Assembly (NCBI GenBank): GCA_030593145.1
Contig: JAUVHU010000004.1
Coordinates: 8,548 to 72,547, forward strand
Origin: Desulfobacteraceae bacterium
GTDB lineage: Bacteria; Desulfobacterota; Desulfobacteria; Desulfobacterales; ETH-SRB1
Direction: 5' to 3'
Length of the DNA: 64,000 nt
The first letter of the stretch is position 1; every line of letters starts with the position of its first letter. The notes under the pieces are model-generated. The model saw nothing but the letters and a program-made list of their open reading frames with translations, had not been told where the DNA came from and did not search any database. This document shows, piece after piece, positions 36,150-47,448 of this stretch. Position numbers and translations under genes: made by a program.

Positions 36150-37061
36150 TTATTTATTAAAAACACAGCAATAATTATATTTGTCACTATCTTTTTTAAA
36201 GTTTAATACAGCTATAAGGTTCTTATTAGTATCAAGGATTTTGATAAAACAATCCTTGTTTTTTGCATGCTTGTTGATGCCGTCAAGCATGGTTATTGTA
36301 TTGCCATGAATTATTTTCTCTGTCAAAGCCTTATCAGCAATATGTTCAGGCATATTCTGCAGGACATCTGTCATACTTATAATATAATCTGACAATTTGT
36401 TTGATAAAGCAAGTCTTTCCAGCTCCGGCAAGGTTAAAGACTTCTTAATTGTAAACCCGCTGCTCTCAATCCTTCTGAGTTCTTTCAGGCATCCACCGCA
36501 TCCAAGAACTTTGCCTATATCTGAACAAAGTGTTCTTATGTAAGTTCCCGCAGAGCAGGATACATCAAAACGTATTGCCGGCAGATCTGTTTCCAGTATG
36601 TTAATACTTGAGATAAAAATCTGTCTCGCCGGTTTTTGAACAGGCTTGCCTTTTCTGGCAAGCTTGTAAAGTGGGACTCCTTTATGTTTTAATGCCGAAT
36701 AAACCGGCGGCAGCTGTTTAAGATGCCCTTCAAATTCTTTAAATGCCATATTGAGTTGTTTGTCGGAAAACTCAATCTTATCACATGTGGAAATGATATT
36801 TCCTGTAAAATCCTGTGTATCTGTTTCAACTCCAAGCTGAAGAATCGCTTCGTATTTTTTATTTCCGTGCAATAAAAACCTGGCCAGTTTTGTTGCATCA
36901 TTGATGCAGCATACAATAACGCCTGTTGCAAACGGATCAAGTGTGCCGGTGTGTCCGACCTTTCTGACATTCAGCAGAGCCTTTACACGTGCTACAACTC
37001 GAGCTGAAGTTATATCTGTCGGTTTGTCAACAACTATGACACCGTTTAACTTACGCTGCAT
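36150..37061 (-). CDS. truB: tRNA pseudouridine(55) synthase
   Basis: GHTGTLDPFATG catalytic Asp motif. Confidence 0.95.
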   Translation of the reverse strand: MQRKLNGVIVVDKPTDITSARVVARVKALLNVRKVGHTGTLDPFATGVIVCCINDATKLARFLLHGNKKYEAILQLGVETDTQDFTGNIISTCDKIEFSDKQLNMAFKEFEGHLKQLPPVYSALKHKGVPLYKLARKGKPVQKPARQIFISSINILETDLPAIRFDVSCSAGTYIRTLCSDIGKVLGCGGCLKELRRIESSGFTIKKSLTLPELERLALSNKLSDYIISMTDVLQNMPEHIADKALTEKIIHGNTITMLDGINKHAKNKDCFIKILDTNKNLIAVLNFKKDSDKYNYCCVFNK

Positions 37062-37064
37062 ATA

Positions 37065-38045
37065 TCAAAGTGTTTCAGCAAAGCTGAAAATACGTTTTTT
37101 TAAATCAATCACGTTTGACTCAATACTAAATCCTGCTGCTCTGGGATGTCCGCCGCCGCCAAAAGAGGCGGCGATTGTGGCTACATCAACCGTTTTGTCG
37201 GAACGGAGGCTTACATGGAAACGTTGACCCTGCTGGGGCGGGGTTGTTTTTTGTTTGCCATTCATCTGTTCCTGTATCAAAACCGCAATCTTGATATTCT
37301 CTATGTTTTTAATATAGTTTATAAGGCCGTTAATATCTTCGGGCTGGGTGCCTGTTTCATGAAGCATGCCCTGAGTTAGAGTCATCAATGAAAGTTTTCC
37401 GTTCTGTGAGATTTCAACAGATTCAATGGCCAGCTTGATAAGCTTTAATTGGCCGAACGAATATGTTCCGTATACATGTTTCGCGACATCATAGGGATCA
37501 ACACCCAATGCTACCATTTCCGCGCAAATTTCAAAAGCGGATCTATTTGCATTGGAAAAACGGAATGAACCTGTATCAGCTAAAATTCCTGTGTATATTG
37601 ATGTGGCATTATTCAGGTTAATCGGTATGGCCATCTCCTTAAACAGGCGGTAAAGGATTTCAGTGGTTGCGCATGCAGAGTCATCTATCAACTGAAAATC
37701 ACCAAAGCGTGTATTGGTGACATGGTGGTCAATGTTAATTACAACCGGTATGCGGTTTACTTCCACAGCAGCCTTGCCGATACGCTGCAGGTCGCCGCAA
37801 TCAAGGATAATGGCCGTGTCATAGTAGTTTCCGCTGTTAATGTTTCGAACTATACGCTGTGCTGAAGGCAAAAAGCGATACATGGACGGAATAGGACTCT
37901 GATTATAAATAGTAGTTTGTTTATTCAAAGTGTCTAACAAAAATCCCATAGATAAAAGGGAAGCTATTGCGTCGCCGTCCGGATTGATGTGGCTTGCAAG
38001 TAAAACATTATTACTATTTTTCAAATGATGTATTATTTGATCCAT
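37065..38045 (-). CDS. nrnA: DHH/DHHA1 phosphoesterase (NrnA-like oligoribonuclease / pAp phosphatase)
   Basis: HINPDGDAIAS, NIDHH and GGGGHPRAAG motifs. Confidence 0.85.
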   Translation of the reverse strand: MDQIIHHLKNSNNVLLASHINPDGDAIASLLSMGFLLDTLNKQTTIYNQSPIPSMYRFLPSAQRIVRNINSGNYYDTAIILDCGDLQRIGKAAVEVNRIPVVINIDHHVTNTRFGDFQLIDDSACATTEILYRLFKEMAIPINLNNATSIYTGILADTGSFRFSNANRSAFEICAEMVALGVDPYDVAKHVYGTYSFGQLKLIKLAIESVEISQNGKLSLMTLTQGMLHETGTQPEDINGLINYIKNIENIKIAVLIQEQMNGKQKTTPPQQGQRFHVSLRSDKTVDVATIAASFGGGGHPRAAGFSIESNVIDLKKRIFSFAETL

Positions 38046-38391
38046 TATCTGTCTTTATATCTTTGAGTACCTTATCTATGTGTGATCCGTAGTCAAAAGA
38101 TTCATCGTAGCTGAATCTCAGATCGGGCGTATAGCGCAAACCCAGCTCGCGGGCAAGTGAACGTTTTGCATACCCAATGGCGCTTTTAAAACCTTCTTTT
38201 GCTTTGTCCTTATTTTTTGGGCCGCCGGATGTTGTGAAGTAGACCCGAGCGATTCTTAAATCCCGCGACATTTTCACGCCTGTAACCGTAACCATTTTAA
38301 GTCGAGGGTCCTGGATTTTCTTTTGCAGCAGGTCTGATAGAACCTTTTGTATCTGGCCGCCGACCCTTTCACTTCTTTCAAAGGGTTTCAT
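38014..38391 (-). CDS. rbfA: Ribosome-binding factor A
   Basis: RVGGQIQKVLSDLL..DPRL..VTVTGVKMSRDLRIARVY pattern; canonical position after infB. Confidence 0.9.
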   Translation of the reverse strand: MKPFERSERVGGQIQKVLSDLLQKKIQDPRLKMVTVTGVKMSRDLRIARVYFTTSGGPKNKDKAKEGFKSAIGYAKRSLARELGLRYTPDLRFSYDESFDYGSHIDKVLKDIKTDNGSNNTSFEK

Positions 38392-38675
38392 AAATTTATT
38401 ATCTCCATATTGGTATCTATGATTTCGGCTATTCCCAGGCTGTCTACCTTATTGAATATTTTGTCTAATCTTGAATTTATAACCATTCTGTCGTTGCCTG
38501 CCAGGGCAAGGCCTATCATTGCCCTTTGATGAACATCATTTAAGTCAACCTCAGCGACCGAGGCATTATAATTATTACGCAAGAAGCTGATAATCGATTT
38601 TACGATTTTTCTTTTTTCTTTTAAAGAACGGCAACCATGCAGCCTGAATGTGATAACACCTAAACCGATAACCAT
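38388..38675 (-). CDS. DUF503 (YlxP-like) protein
   Basis: 95 aa; LHGCRSLKEKR pattern; located between infB and rbfA, as in many genomes. Confidence 0.8.
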   Translation of the reverse strand: MVIGLGVITFRLHGCRSLKEKRKIVKSIISFLRNNYNASVAEVDLNDVHQRAMIGLALAGNDRMVINSRLDKIFNKVDSLGIAEIIDTNMEIINL

Positions 38676-41365
38676 TACTCTTCCAGTTTTGGTTTAATCT
38701 CTTCGAGATAATAACATTCTATCGTATCGCCGACTTTGATGTCATTATAATTTTCAATGCCGATTCCGCACTCATACCCGCTTTGAACTTCTTTAACGTC
38801 GTCTTTAAAACGATGAAGAGAGGAAAGGTTTCCTTCATAACAGGTAATGCCATCTCTAAGAAGCCGGACAGATTGACCGCGTTCAATTTTTCCATCGGTG
38901 ACATAAGCGCCGGCAATAACGCCGATTTTTGGGATATGAAAAACCTCGCGGATATCAGCTCTACCAAGTATCCGTTCTTCATAGGTAGATGACATCATGC
39001 CGACAATGGCATCTTTTATCTCTTTAATAACGTTATAAATAATGTTATAATAACGTATATCAACATTTTCTTCAGCGGCAAAAGCCAGCGTTTTAGCGTT
39101 GGGACGTACGTTGAAGCCAATAATAATCGCACTTGACACAGCAGCGAGAGATACATCCGTTTCAGTTATAGCGCCGGTACTTGCGTGAACCACATTTATT
39201 TTTACTTCATCATTAGAAAGTTTTGTCAGAGAATCTGCAATTGCCTCAATAGAACCATGAACATCTGTTTTTATTATAATATTTAGATTGTTAACTTCGC
39301 CTTCCTTAATGGTCTCGTAAAGATTTTCAAGACTTAGTGTGCTGGTTTTAGCGAGATCTTTAGAACGCTGTTTCTGAACACGATGTATGCTTACCTGTTT
39401 TGCAAGTTTGTCATCAGAAAGAGCTGTCAAATCATCCCCGGCAGAAGGAACACCGGAAAGGCCGAGTACCTCCACAGGCATTGACGGACCGGCCGATTTT
39501 ATCATAACCCCTCTGTCGTTTATCATGGCACGAATTTTTCCGTGATGAATTCCACAAACTACAGAATTTCCGACATGGAGCGATCCATTCCGTATAAGAA
39601 TTGTGGCAACAGCGCCCCTGCCAGGATCAATTTTTGCTTCAACTACATGACCTATTGCCAGCTTATCCGGATTGGCTTTCAGCTCTAATATCTCTGCTTG
39701 AAGCAAAATCATTTCAAGGAGATCGTCTATCCCGAGGTTTTTCTTTGCCGATACCTTAATAAAGCTTGTATCACCGCCCCAATCTTCGGGAACAAGTCCT
39801 ATATCGGCAAGTTCACGTTGAACACGTTCAGGGTCTGCATTATCCTTGTCGATTTTGTTGATTGCGACAATAATAGGAACGCCTGCTGCCTTGGAATGAT
39901 CGACAGCCTCTATAGTTTGTGGCATTACGCCATCGTCGGCCGCGACAACCAGCACCACGAGATCTGTAACTTTGGCTCCGCGAGAGCGCATTGCGGTAAA
40001 AGCCTCATGTCCGGGAGTATCTAAAAAAACAACAGAGCCTTTATCAGTGAGAACATGATAGGCGCCGATATGTTGTGTGATTCCTCCGGCTTCGCCCTCT
40101 GTTACTTTGGTGTTGCGGATCAGGTCGAGTAGAGATGTTTTTCCGTGATCAACATGCCCCATGATAGTGACAACCGGTGGTCTTGGAACCAGTTTGCCGG
40201 GTTCGTCCTTTTCTACTTTTAAAAGAGGTTCTTCTTCAAAAGAGGCTTTTTCGATTTCGTAATTAAATTCAGCGGCAAGAAGAACAGCAGTATCAAAATC
40301 TATTGTCTGGTTAACCGTTGCCATAACACCTATAGACATAAGTGTTTTAATCATTTCATTTGCTTTTATTCCTATACGCTTTGCCAGCTCTGATAAAACA
40401 ATAGCATCATCAATTTTTATGCGGCGTTTAATAGCTTTAGGGATAGTTATCTGTGGTTTTTCTCCATGAACCGCTGGCTTGCCCTTGCCGAATTTACGGC
40501 CTTTTCGAGCTGAACGACCTTTAGCATACAGGTCTTTACCTTCGACAACCTCCTTTCTTCTAAAGGAGATTTTCTTTTTGGTCCATTTAATATCAGTTGA
40601 CTTTTTATCTAAATCTAATTCTTTATGTTTTTTATACTCTTTTTTGCTCTTTTTTCCCTTTGCGGTTACATCTTCTGCCGGAATTACTTTTTCAGGGACA
40701 GCTTTCTTTCGCGAAACCGCTTTTTTAACTTTGATCGGTGCCTTTTTTACCTCAGGAACCTGTCCTTTTTTCACTGACGGCATTTTTATAATTTTTGCCG
40801 GAGTATCTTTTTTCAACTGTTTTTTTGGCTTAGAGACCTTTAAAACCACCGGCTTTTTAGGTTTGAGCTTGTCCGGCTGTTCTTTTTCAGGCTCAATTGT
40901 TTCAGGAACAGCTTTTTCTATAGCACCCGGTTTTGCAACATCTTTGGCGTCTGGAACCTGATCTGCAATGATTTTTTCTTTGGCCTTTTTAATGGGCTTT
41001 TTTGTTTCTTTTTTTGCAGGAGTTTTTTTCTTTTTAACAGCCTTTTCAGAGGGCTCTTCAGAGGGCTCTTTAGTTTCTCCAATTTTTGCAGGAGGAGCTG
41101 TTTTGCTAATACGGGCTGTCTCGGAATCTGCTTCTGTCTTTACAGTTTTTTTGCGTCTCCGGATAACCGTCGGTTTTACGCGTATTACCTCGACAACTTC
41201 AGTTTTCGCGTTAAAAAGCTTTTCCTTGATCTTTGCAACTGTCTCATCATCAAGAGAACTCATATGGCTTTTTACATCAACACCCATTTCTCTTAACTCG
41301 TTGAGAAGCGCTTTGTTTTGCATGTTAAGAGTTCTGGCAAACTCATATACTCTGATTTTTGCCAT
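38675..41365 (-). CDS. infB: Translation initiation factor IF-2
   Basis: G domain [24 protein letters not shown]; Lys-rich N-terminal region. Confidence 0.95.
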   Translation of the reverse strand: MAKIRVYEFARTLNMQNKALLNELREMGVDVKSHMSSLDDETVAKIKEKLFNAKTEVVEVIRVKPTVIRRRKKTVKTEADSETARISKTAPPAKIGETKEPSEEPSEKAVKKKKTPAKKETKKPIKKAKEKIIADQVPDAKDVAKPGAIEKAVPETIEPEKEQPDKLKPKKPVVLKVSKPKKQLKKDTPAKIIKMPSVKKGQVPEVKKAPIKVKKAVSRKKAVPEKVIPAEDVTAKGKKSKKEYKKHKELDLDKKSTDIKWTKKKISFRRKEVVEGKDLYAKGRSARKGRKFGKGKPAVHGEKPQITIPKAIKRRIKIDDAIVLSELAKRIGIKANEMIKTLMSIGVMATVNQTIDFDTAVLLAAEFNYEIEKASFEEEPLLKVEKDEPGKLVPRPPVVTIMGHVDHGKTSLLDLIRNTKVTEGEAGGITQHIGAYHVLTDKGSVVFLDTPGHEAFTAMRSRGAKVTDLVVLVVAADDGVMPQTIEAVDHSKAAGVPIIVAINKIDKDNADPERVQRELADIGLVPEDWGGDTSFIKVSAKKNLGIDDLLEMILLQAEILELKANPDKLAIGHVVEAKIDPGRGAVATILIRNGSLHVGNSVVCGIHHGKIRAMINDRGVMIKSAGPSMPVEVLGLSGVPSAGDDLTALSDDKLAKQVSIHRVQKQRSKDLAKTSTLSLENLYETIKEGEVNNLNIIIKTDVHGSIEAIADSLTKLSNDEVKINVVHASTGAITETDVSLAAVSSAIIIGFNVRPNAKTLAFAAEENVDIRYYNIIYNVIKEIKDAIVGMMSSTYEERILGRADIREVFHIPKIGVIAGAYVTDGKIERGQSVRLLRDGITCYEGNLSSLHRFKDDVKEVQSGYECGIGIENYNDIKVGDTIECYYLEEIKPKLEE

Positions 41366-41420
41366 CCATACCCCCTGTATTATTATAATTATTATACTAT
41401 TTTAGTTGTAAATCCTGAGC

Positions 41421-42878
41421 TTAAGTCTTCCCACTGTTATCTGCATCTTCTCCGGAAGTCTCCTGAGTACCTCCAGCTGCTGGTTCAGCATGTTCCTTCT
41501 CGTCGGTCTGATCAGGCGCGTCATTCTGCTCAGCCTCTTCGGTTGCTTCATCGATACTCCCGGCATCGGCCTGATCAGGCGCGTCATCCTGCGCGGCTTC
41601 TTTGGTTGTTTTATCAACACTCTCGGCAGTTGGCGTATAATTTTTTGCTGTTTCAATAAGCTGTACGGCTTTTTCTTCACCAATGCCCCTGATCTGAATC
41701 AAATCCTCTATAGTTGCGCTGCCGAGTTCTTCAGCGGAGAAGTATCCCTTTTCATACAATGTATCTGCCATGCTTACCCCAATTCCCGGCAGCGACATTA
41801 AAGAGTTGTAACCGTTTTGCATTGTTTCATTATAACGTGATTCGCTTATAACATCGAGACGCCACTTTGTCAGTTTTGAGGCAAGCCGGATGTTTTGGCC
41901 ATGTTTTCCGATAGCTATTGAAAGAAATTCGTCAGGAACAATGACTTCCATCGAGCGGTTTTCTTCATCAATAATAACCCTTGATATTTCGGCAGGTGAT
42001 AAAGCGTTACATACATATTTTGCCTGATCGATATGCCAGGATATAATGTCTATCTTTTCACCTCTTAGCTCCTGAACAACATTTTGCACACGGCTTCCTT
42101 TCATTCCCACACAGGCTCCAACCGGATCAATATCAGAATCATTTGATGACACAGCAATCTTTGCCCTGATTCCAGGTTCCCGGGCTGTACCCATGATTGA
42201 AATAATACCTTCGCTGATTTCAGGAACTTCCGTTTTGAAAAGATTTGCCAGAAAGTTTGGGTGTGTTCTTGAAAGAACAATCTGAGGACCCCGTGTGTCA
42301 AGAAGCACATCTACGATATATGCCCTTAGCCTGTCACCGCGTCGACAGGTTTCTTTAGGAATTTGCTCCCGAGCCGGAAGTATGCCTTCTGTTGTGCCGA
42401 GATTCACAATAATGTCGCCTCGGTCGCTGCGCTGAACGATTCCATTTATTATTTCACCCTTTCGGTCAATGAAATTGGCATAAACCGCTCCTTTTTCAGC
42501 ATCCTTCATTTTTTGAATGATGACCTGTTTGGCTGACTGAGCAGCTATCCTGCCAAAATCGGAAACATCCATTTTTGTGCCAAGGCTGTCTCCTGTTGCG
42601 CATTCAGGATCGAGCTTCAAGCCTTCTTCAAGGCTGATCTGAAGTTCAGGCTCTGTAATTTCTTCCACCACATCTCTAAACTGAAAGACTTCAATTTCAC
42701 CTGTTTCTTCATTATATTTAGTTTCAATATCAACTTTGTTCCCAAACTTTTTTTTAGCAGCAGATTTTAATGCTTCTTCAAGAGCTACAATAAGAACTTT
42801 ACGATCTATTCCCTTGTCCCGACTAACTTGTTCTATGACACGCTTTATGTCTGTTATTAACATCTGTTTTCTCCGCAA
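41421..42878 (-). CDS. nusA: Transcription termination/antitermination factor NusA with an acidic repetitive C-terminal tail
   Basis: S1 and two KH domains plus HhH repeats. The tail contains a 63-nt tandem duplication. Confidence 0.95.
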   Translation of the reverse strand: MRRKQMLITDIKRVIEQVSRDKGIDRKVLIVALEEALKSAAKKKFGNKVDIETKYNEETGEIEVFQFRDVVEEITEPELQISLEEGLKLDPECATGDSLGTKMDVSDFGRIAAQSAKQVIIQKMKDAEKGAVYANFIDRKGEIINGIVQRSDRGDIIVNLGTTEGILPAREQIPKETCRRGDRLRAYIVDVLLDTRGPQIVLSRTHPNFLANLFKTEVPEISEGIISIMGTAREPGIRAKIAVSSNDSDIDPVGACVGMKGSRVQNVVQELRGEKIDIISWHIDQAKYVCNALSPAEISRVIIDEENRSMEVIVPDEFLSIAIGKHGQNIRLASKLTKWRLDVISESRYNETMQNGYNSLMSLPGIGVSMADTLYEKGYFSAEELGSATIEDLIQIRGIGEEKAVQLIETAKNYTPTAESVDKTTKEAAQDDAPDQADAGSIDEATEEAEQNDAPDQTDEKEHAEPAAGGTQETSGEDADNSGKT

Positions 42879-43426
42879 TAATTAATAAGTCGCGCCCTGA
42901 TGATTATCTCAAAAGGGATGGCAACCGTCTCGTCATTAACCTGCAATTTTACCATATCTTCTGATATCCCAAGCAAGACACCCTTAAAACTTTTTCGTTC
43001 GTCAACAGGTTGAGAGGTCTTAATCTTGGCGATGTGTCCTTTGAATCTTTCAAAATCAATCTTTTTGCCCAGAGGACGATCAGGACCGGGCGATGAAACT
43101 TCAAGATTAAACGGCCCGATATTATCAAAATCCTGCCCAATTAGATCGGTCTCAATAAAATTGCCAAGCTGGCGGCTGATAAATGCGCAATCGTCCAGCT
43201 TAACTCCTCCTTTCTTGTCAATATAAAGGCGGATTATCGTTCCACTTGCTTCATGCTGGTATTCAATATGTACCAGTTCCATGTCTTGAGCTTCACACAT
43301 CGATTCAGCCAGTTCTTTGAGCTGCGCAACAAACCGCTTTCTAATTTCAGGAGACAACTTTTTTTTCTCCTGACCATTATGTGTTGATTTCTGTCTTTTT
43401 TTTCTTTGAACTTTCATTAACAACAA
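42857..43426 (-). CDS. rimP: Ribosome maturation factor RimP (start uncertain; Lys-rich N-terminal extension)
   Basis: LEVSSPGPDRPL motif; overlaps the nusA start by 22 nt. Confidence 0.85.
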   Translation of the reverse strand: MLLMKVQRKKRQKSTHNGQEKKKLSPEIRKRFVAQLKELAESMCEAQDMELVHIEYQHEASGTIIRLYIDKKGGVKLDDCAFISRQLGNFIETDLIGQDFDNIGPFNLEVSSPGPDRPLGKKIDFERFKGHIAKIKTSQPVDERKSFKGVLLGISEDMVKLQVNDETVAIPFEIIIRARLINYCGENRC

Positions 43427-43444
43427 CAGCTCTTCTAAAAAATA

Positions 43445-43468
43445 AAAAACGGGCTAAAGCCCGTTTTT
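43445..43468 (-). terminator. Bidirectional-looking rho-independent terminator downstream of tRNA-Gly
   Basis: AAAAACGGGC-TAAA-GCCCGTTTTT with A/T runs on both sides. Confidence 0.75.
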
Positions 43469-43671
43469 TCCATTTAATAAGTAGATCATTACTATGCAGC
43501 GAGAAACTTTATCTGTTCAAGTAATTAACCATAAGAAAAAATAACTCCAAACCTTAACATAGATAGATAAAAGTTTCAACCTTAACAAGAGACTTTTGCA
43601 AAACCACCTGTTTTTAAAACAGCTGCAAAGACCCATTAAAAACCTTTTTAAACGAAAAAGGCGGACACCAG

Positions 43672-43747
43672 TGGAGCGGGCAACGAGATTCGAACTCGCG
43701 ACACCAAGCTTGGGAAGCTTGTACTCTACCAGCTGAGCTATGCCCGC
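43672..43747 (-). tRNA. tRNA-Gly (anticodon CCC), CCA encoded
   Basis: The reverse complement reads GCGGGCA..CAAGC-TTCCCAA-GCTTG..GCGAG-TTCGAAT-CTCGT-TGCCCGC-TCCA. Confidence 0.9.
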
Positions 43748-43953
43748 ACTAAAAACGTTAGACTATTACAATGAATGATATATGTCAATATTTTTTCAAC
43801 AATTAATCCTGCAAAGGCATTTATCGCTATCCATAATACGTTTTTTTGGTAAAATATTTATTGTAACAAATAATTAAATATTTTATCTTAATGCCTAACG
43901 CTTGATGAATTCGAATTTTTACGAATTTATTACTTATTAAGGAGGGTTAAAAA

Positions 43954-44199
43954 ATGGAGCCAATAAAAGAGATTTATCGTCCAGAACCGGAATACAGGAC
44001 AATTACGATAAAAACCTCTGATGGATTAACAATACAGGGGAAGGTGAATCTAGCTACAAAACAGAGATTGTCTGATCTTTTTATAAAAAACGCTACGTCG
44101 TTTATTGTTATGATCGATGTGTTTTTTAAGGGTTTGCAAGGTAAAACACTTTTTATCAATAAAGATCATATTGTGTGGGTGGAGCCTGAGGACAAATAG
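43954..44199 (+). CDS. Small hypothetical protein (81 aa)
   Basis: AAGGAGGG RBS. The sequence looks beta-rich (ITIKTSDGLTIQGKVNL ... LFINKDHIVWVEP). No function assigned. Confidence 0.6.
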   Translation: MEPIKEIYRPEPEYRTITIKTSDGLTIQGKVNLATKQRLSDLFIKNATSFIVMIDVFFKGLQGKTLFINKDHIVWVEPEDK

Positions 44200-44340
44200 T
44201 GTCCATCCGGAAATGGCATCTATTGGCTCAATACCGCGTTTTCAAAACTTTTCGATCCTCGACGTAGCGCACTACGCCTCCGATCGAAAAATTCCTGCGG
44301 CCTTGTCTTGAACCAAAATCTACCATTTCCGGCCGGACAC
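44199..44340. repeat. GTGTCCATCC-type long hairpin element, copy 2
   Basis: Ends GTGTCCATCCGGAAATGG / CCATTTCCGGCCGGACAC. It shares GCATCT..GGC and GAACCAAAATCTACCA blocks with copy 1 and again starts on the G of a TAG stop. Confidence 0.75.
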
Positions 44341-44353
44341 TTAACAAGAAGAA

Positions 44354-45292
44354 TTATGCAACATCATTAAGAAACATTTCAAGACTCTTCATATTGTTCA
44401 CATTATAAATTTTACAGGGTGATTCCTTTGGCAATATTTTTTTTAATAAACCTGTGAGAACCCTTCCTGGACCAATTTCGGCAAAAATTTCAACTTCTTC
44501 CGCTAAAAGCATCTGCATGGAATCATACCATTTTACAGGGTTGCATAACTGCTTTGCCATAATCGATTTGACTTCATCAGGATTCATTTCAAAACCGGCA
44601 GTAACATTATGCACTAAAGGTCTTTTCGGCGCACTAAAATTAAATGTATCTAAAAAAACTTTAAATTCATCTTCGGCGTCTTTTATCAATTCACTATGCC
44701 ACGCTCCACTTACCTTTAACGGTATGGCTCTTGCTCCCTGGGAAGTGGCAAGTAAAGAAACCTTTTCAACCTGATCAGGAGCGCCTGTTATGACAATTTG
44801 ATGTTCGGTGTTGTGGTTAGCTACAGACACAACGCCTTCCTTTTGAACCTCGGAAACAAGTTTGAAAACAGTATCAATAGGAAGCCCGATAATGGCATGC
44901 ATCGCCCCTTTATGCTTTGTGGACTCTCTGTGCATAAGCTTTCCTCTTTTAAAAACAAGGCTTAACGCGTCCTTTTTTGAAACAATTCCAGATGCACAGA
45001 GTGCGCTGTATTCTCCAAGACTATGCCCTGCCGAAACATCCGGCATGATACCTTCTTTTTCTATCGCGGATAAAAAGGCAAGATTCACCGCTGTTACAGC
45101 AGGCTGCAAATTAACTGTCGTTGTAAGTTCTTCCATTGGGCCTTTAAAGCAGAGCCCTGATAAATTTATTTTGCAAATTTCCTCTGCCATGTCAAAAAGC
45201 TCACGAACAAAATCATATTCCTGATAAAGATCAAGACCCATGCCAACTGCCTGTGAGCCCTGACCCGGAAAAAGAAATGCTGTTTTTTTCAA
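44354..45292 (-). CDS. fabD: Malonyl-CoA:ACP transacylase
   Basis: FPGQGSQ and GHSLGEY motifs. Confidence 0.95.
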   Translation of the reverse strand: MKKTAFLFPGQGSQAVGMGLDLYQEYDFVRELFDMAEEICKINLSGLCFKGPMEELTTTVNLQPAVTAVNLAFLSAIEKEGIMPDVSAGHSLGEYSALCASGIVSKKDALSLVFKRGKLMHRESTKHKGAMHAIIGLPIDTVFKLVSEVQKEGVVSVANHNTEHQIVITGAPDQVEKVSLLATSQGARAIPLKVSGAWHSELIKDAEDEFKVFLDTFNFSAPKRPLVHNVTAGFEMNPDEVKSIMAKQLCNPVKWYDSMQMLLAEEVEIFAEIGPGRVLTGLLKKILPKESPCKIYNVNNMKSLEMFLNDVA

Positions 45293-45309
45293 ATTAAATT
45301 CTCCTGTTT

Positions 45310-46578
45310 TTATTCATCGATTTTAAAAAGTTTACGGGTAATATCAAGGTAAGCCGACCTGTCTCCCTGACAGCCATTGCTTTTTAAAAAAAGGGTCGGA
45401 TCATGCAGTATTTTGTTTATAAGCCCATTTGTCATTTTGTAAATGGCTTGACAATCATTGTCTGACAGGTGTTTTAAAGATTGCATGGTTTTTGTGATTT
45501 CATTTTCAGCAATGGCATCGAATTTGTTTCTTAAGGCAACTATTGTGGGTATCACATCTAAGCTTTCATACCACTGCCAGAAAGTGATTACAGCCTCTTC
45601 AATGATCCTTTCTCCCTTTAAAGATTCCTGGTTGCGTTCTTCAATGTTTTCATCGATAATTCCTTTTAAGTCATCAATATCATAAACATATGAATTGGTT
45701 ACCGTGTTTATTCTAGGGTCAATATCACGTGGAACAGCTATATCAATAAAGAAGATCGGACGGTTACGTCTTTTTGGCATAACCCCTTTAATTTGATCAC
45801 GTTTAATAATAAAGCCAGGTGAACCTGTTGAACTTATAATAATATCAACGACTTTTAAGCAGTCAGGGATTTCTTCAAGCCGTATGGCTTTGCCGTTGAA
45901 ATGTTTGGCAAGCTCAACACCTCGCTTGAAAGTTCTGTTTGCAACATATATACTTCCTATTCTGTTTCTTATCAGATGTTCAACTGCAAGCTCAGCCATT
46001 TCGCCTGCACCGATAAGAAGCACCTTTTTTCCTTCAAGGCTGCCGAATATTTTTCGCCCAAGTTCAATTGCCGCATAACTGATTGATACTGCATGGTCTC
46101 CAATTCCTGTTTCAGTTCGAACACGTTTTGCCACAAAAAAGGTTTTATGCATCAGCCTGTTAAGAATAACACCTGATGTTTTTTTGTTGGTGGCTGCAGC
46201 ATAAGCTTCTTTTATCTGGCCGAGTATCTGCGGTTCTCCCACAATCATCGAATCAAGGCTGGACGCAACCCTGAAAATGTGTTGAACAGCCATGTCGCCT
46301 TCATGGATATAAAAAGACTCTTCAAATTGACTGATCGGCAGATTTTTTACTTCGGAAATATAGGTTTTGACAGCATCAACAGCTTTTGGCGTGTTCGCGG
46401 TTGTCATAAGCACCTCTACACGGTTGCATGTAGAAATAACCACGATTTCGCCAATAGCCGGATACTTTTTCAGTGTTTCCATGGCAGCGGCGCTTTCATT
46501 CTTTGAGAAAGCAAGACACTCCCTTAATTCTACCGGCGCTGTTTTATGATTTAACCCTAATACAACTATATCAAGCAT
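45310..46578 (-). CDS. hemA: Glutamyl-tRNA reductase
   Basis: STCNRVE active-site Cys motif; GAGEMA NADPH site. Confidence 0.95.
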   Translation of the reverse strand: MLDIVVLGLNHKTAPVELRECLAFSKNESAAAMETLKKYPAIGEIVVISTCNRVEVLMTTANTPKAVDAVKTYISEVKNLPISQFEESFYIHEGDMAVQHIFRVASSLDSMIVGEPQILGQIKEAYAAATNKKTSGVILNRLMHKTFFVAKRVRTETGIGDHAVSISYAAIELGRKIFGSLEGKKVLLIGAGEMAELAVEHLIRNRIGSIYVANRTFKRGVELAKHFNGKAIRLEEIPDCLKVVDIIISSTGSPGFIIKRDQIKGVMPKRRNRPIFFIDIAVPRDIDPRINTVTNSYVYDIDDLKGIIDENIEERNQESLKGERIIEEAVITFWQWYESLDVIPTIVALRNKFDAIAENEITKTMQSLKHLSDNDCQAIYKMTNGLINKILHDPTLFLKSNGCQGDRSAYLDITRKLFKIDE

Positions 46579-46617
46579 AACTTATCTTTAGGTTAACGTA
46601 TTACGTATTACAATAGT

Positions 46618-47448
46618 TCAAAATTTAATTAATTCTGTATGATGCCCCTGCAACAGAATGTTGACACCAAAAAAAGTGAATAAAAGCACTACAAAACCAA
46701 CAATAGCCATTATAGCTGTGCGTCTTCCCCGCCATCCAACAGCGAGACGCTCATGCAGCAAAGCGGCATACAATAGCCATGTTATGACGGACCAGACCTC
46801 TTTCGGATCCCATCCCCAGAATCTCCCCCATACTGTCTTTGCATATACAAGACCGGTAATAAGGCCTATTGTAAGCATTGTAAATCCTGCTACTATGCTT
46901 GCATACCCCACGGTATCAAGCAGCTCCAGTGAAGGCAGACGCTTGAAAAAAAAGCCGTGATTTTTAGTTTTGATTGCATGCTCCTGAACCAGGTACATGA
47001 TACCTACACCGCAGGCTATGGCAAACGACGCTTCTCCGATCAGCAGCATTATCGCGTGAAAAACAAGCCAGATATTATTAAAGACACTTTTGACATGTTC
47101 CGGCTCTACGGGCAGGCGTGATGCAATCAGCATAACAACTGCGGCAAGAGGAGCGGCATAAACGCCGAGAATCTTCAGGTTATATTTATACTTGAATATA
47201 ATAAATACACCGGCAATTGCCCACCCTGCTGTTGCGAAGGTTTCGTGAAGATTATTAACAGGAACGATACCTGATTTAAAAAACACGTAACCGATTGCCG
47301 CTGAATGACATAAAAAACCGGCGGCCAGCAAATAAAAACCTGTTTGATGGAGATAATTTTTCTGGAACAAAAGATATGCGAAATATACTGCTGTGCTTAG
47401 CACATACAGCAGTATTGTAATGATGATTACAATTTCCATTGATAACAC
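46618..47448 (-). CDS. Cytochrome c assembly protein (CcsA/HemX-like) with a WWD motif
   Basis: WGRFWGWDPKEVWS tryptophan-rich motif; 8-TM appearance; adjacent to hemA. Confidence 0.8.
   Translation of the reverse strand: MLSMEIVIIITILLYVLSTAVYFAYLLFQKNYLHQTGFYLLAAGFLCHSAAIGYVFFKSGIVPVNNLHETFATAGWAIAGVFIIFKYKYNLKILGVYAAPLAAVVMLIASRLPVEPEHVKSVFNNIWLVFHAIMLLIGEASFAIACGVGIMYLVQEHAIKTKNHGFFFKRLPSLELLDTVGYASIVAGFTMLTIGLITGLVYAKTVWGRFWGWDPKEVWSVITWLLYAALLHERLAVGWRGRRTAIMAIVGFVVLLFTFFGVNILLQGHHTELIKF

Noticed and set aside
40479-41683. ORFs of 93-160 aa overlapping the infB N-terminal region and the nusA tail on both strands
   Set aside because: They are generated by Lys-rich or acidic low-complexity coding sequence and by the 63-nt duplication. 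They have no independent coding signal.
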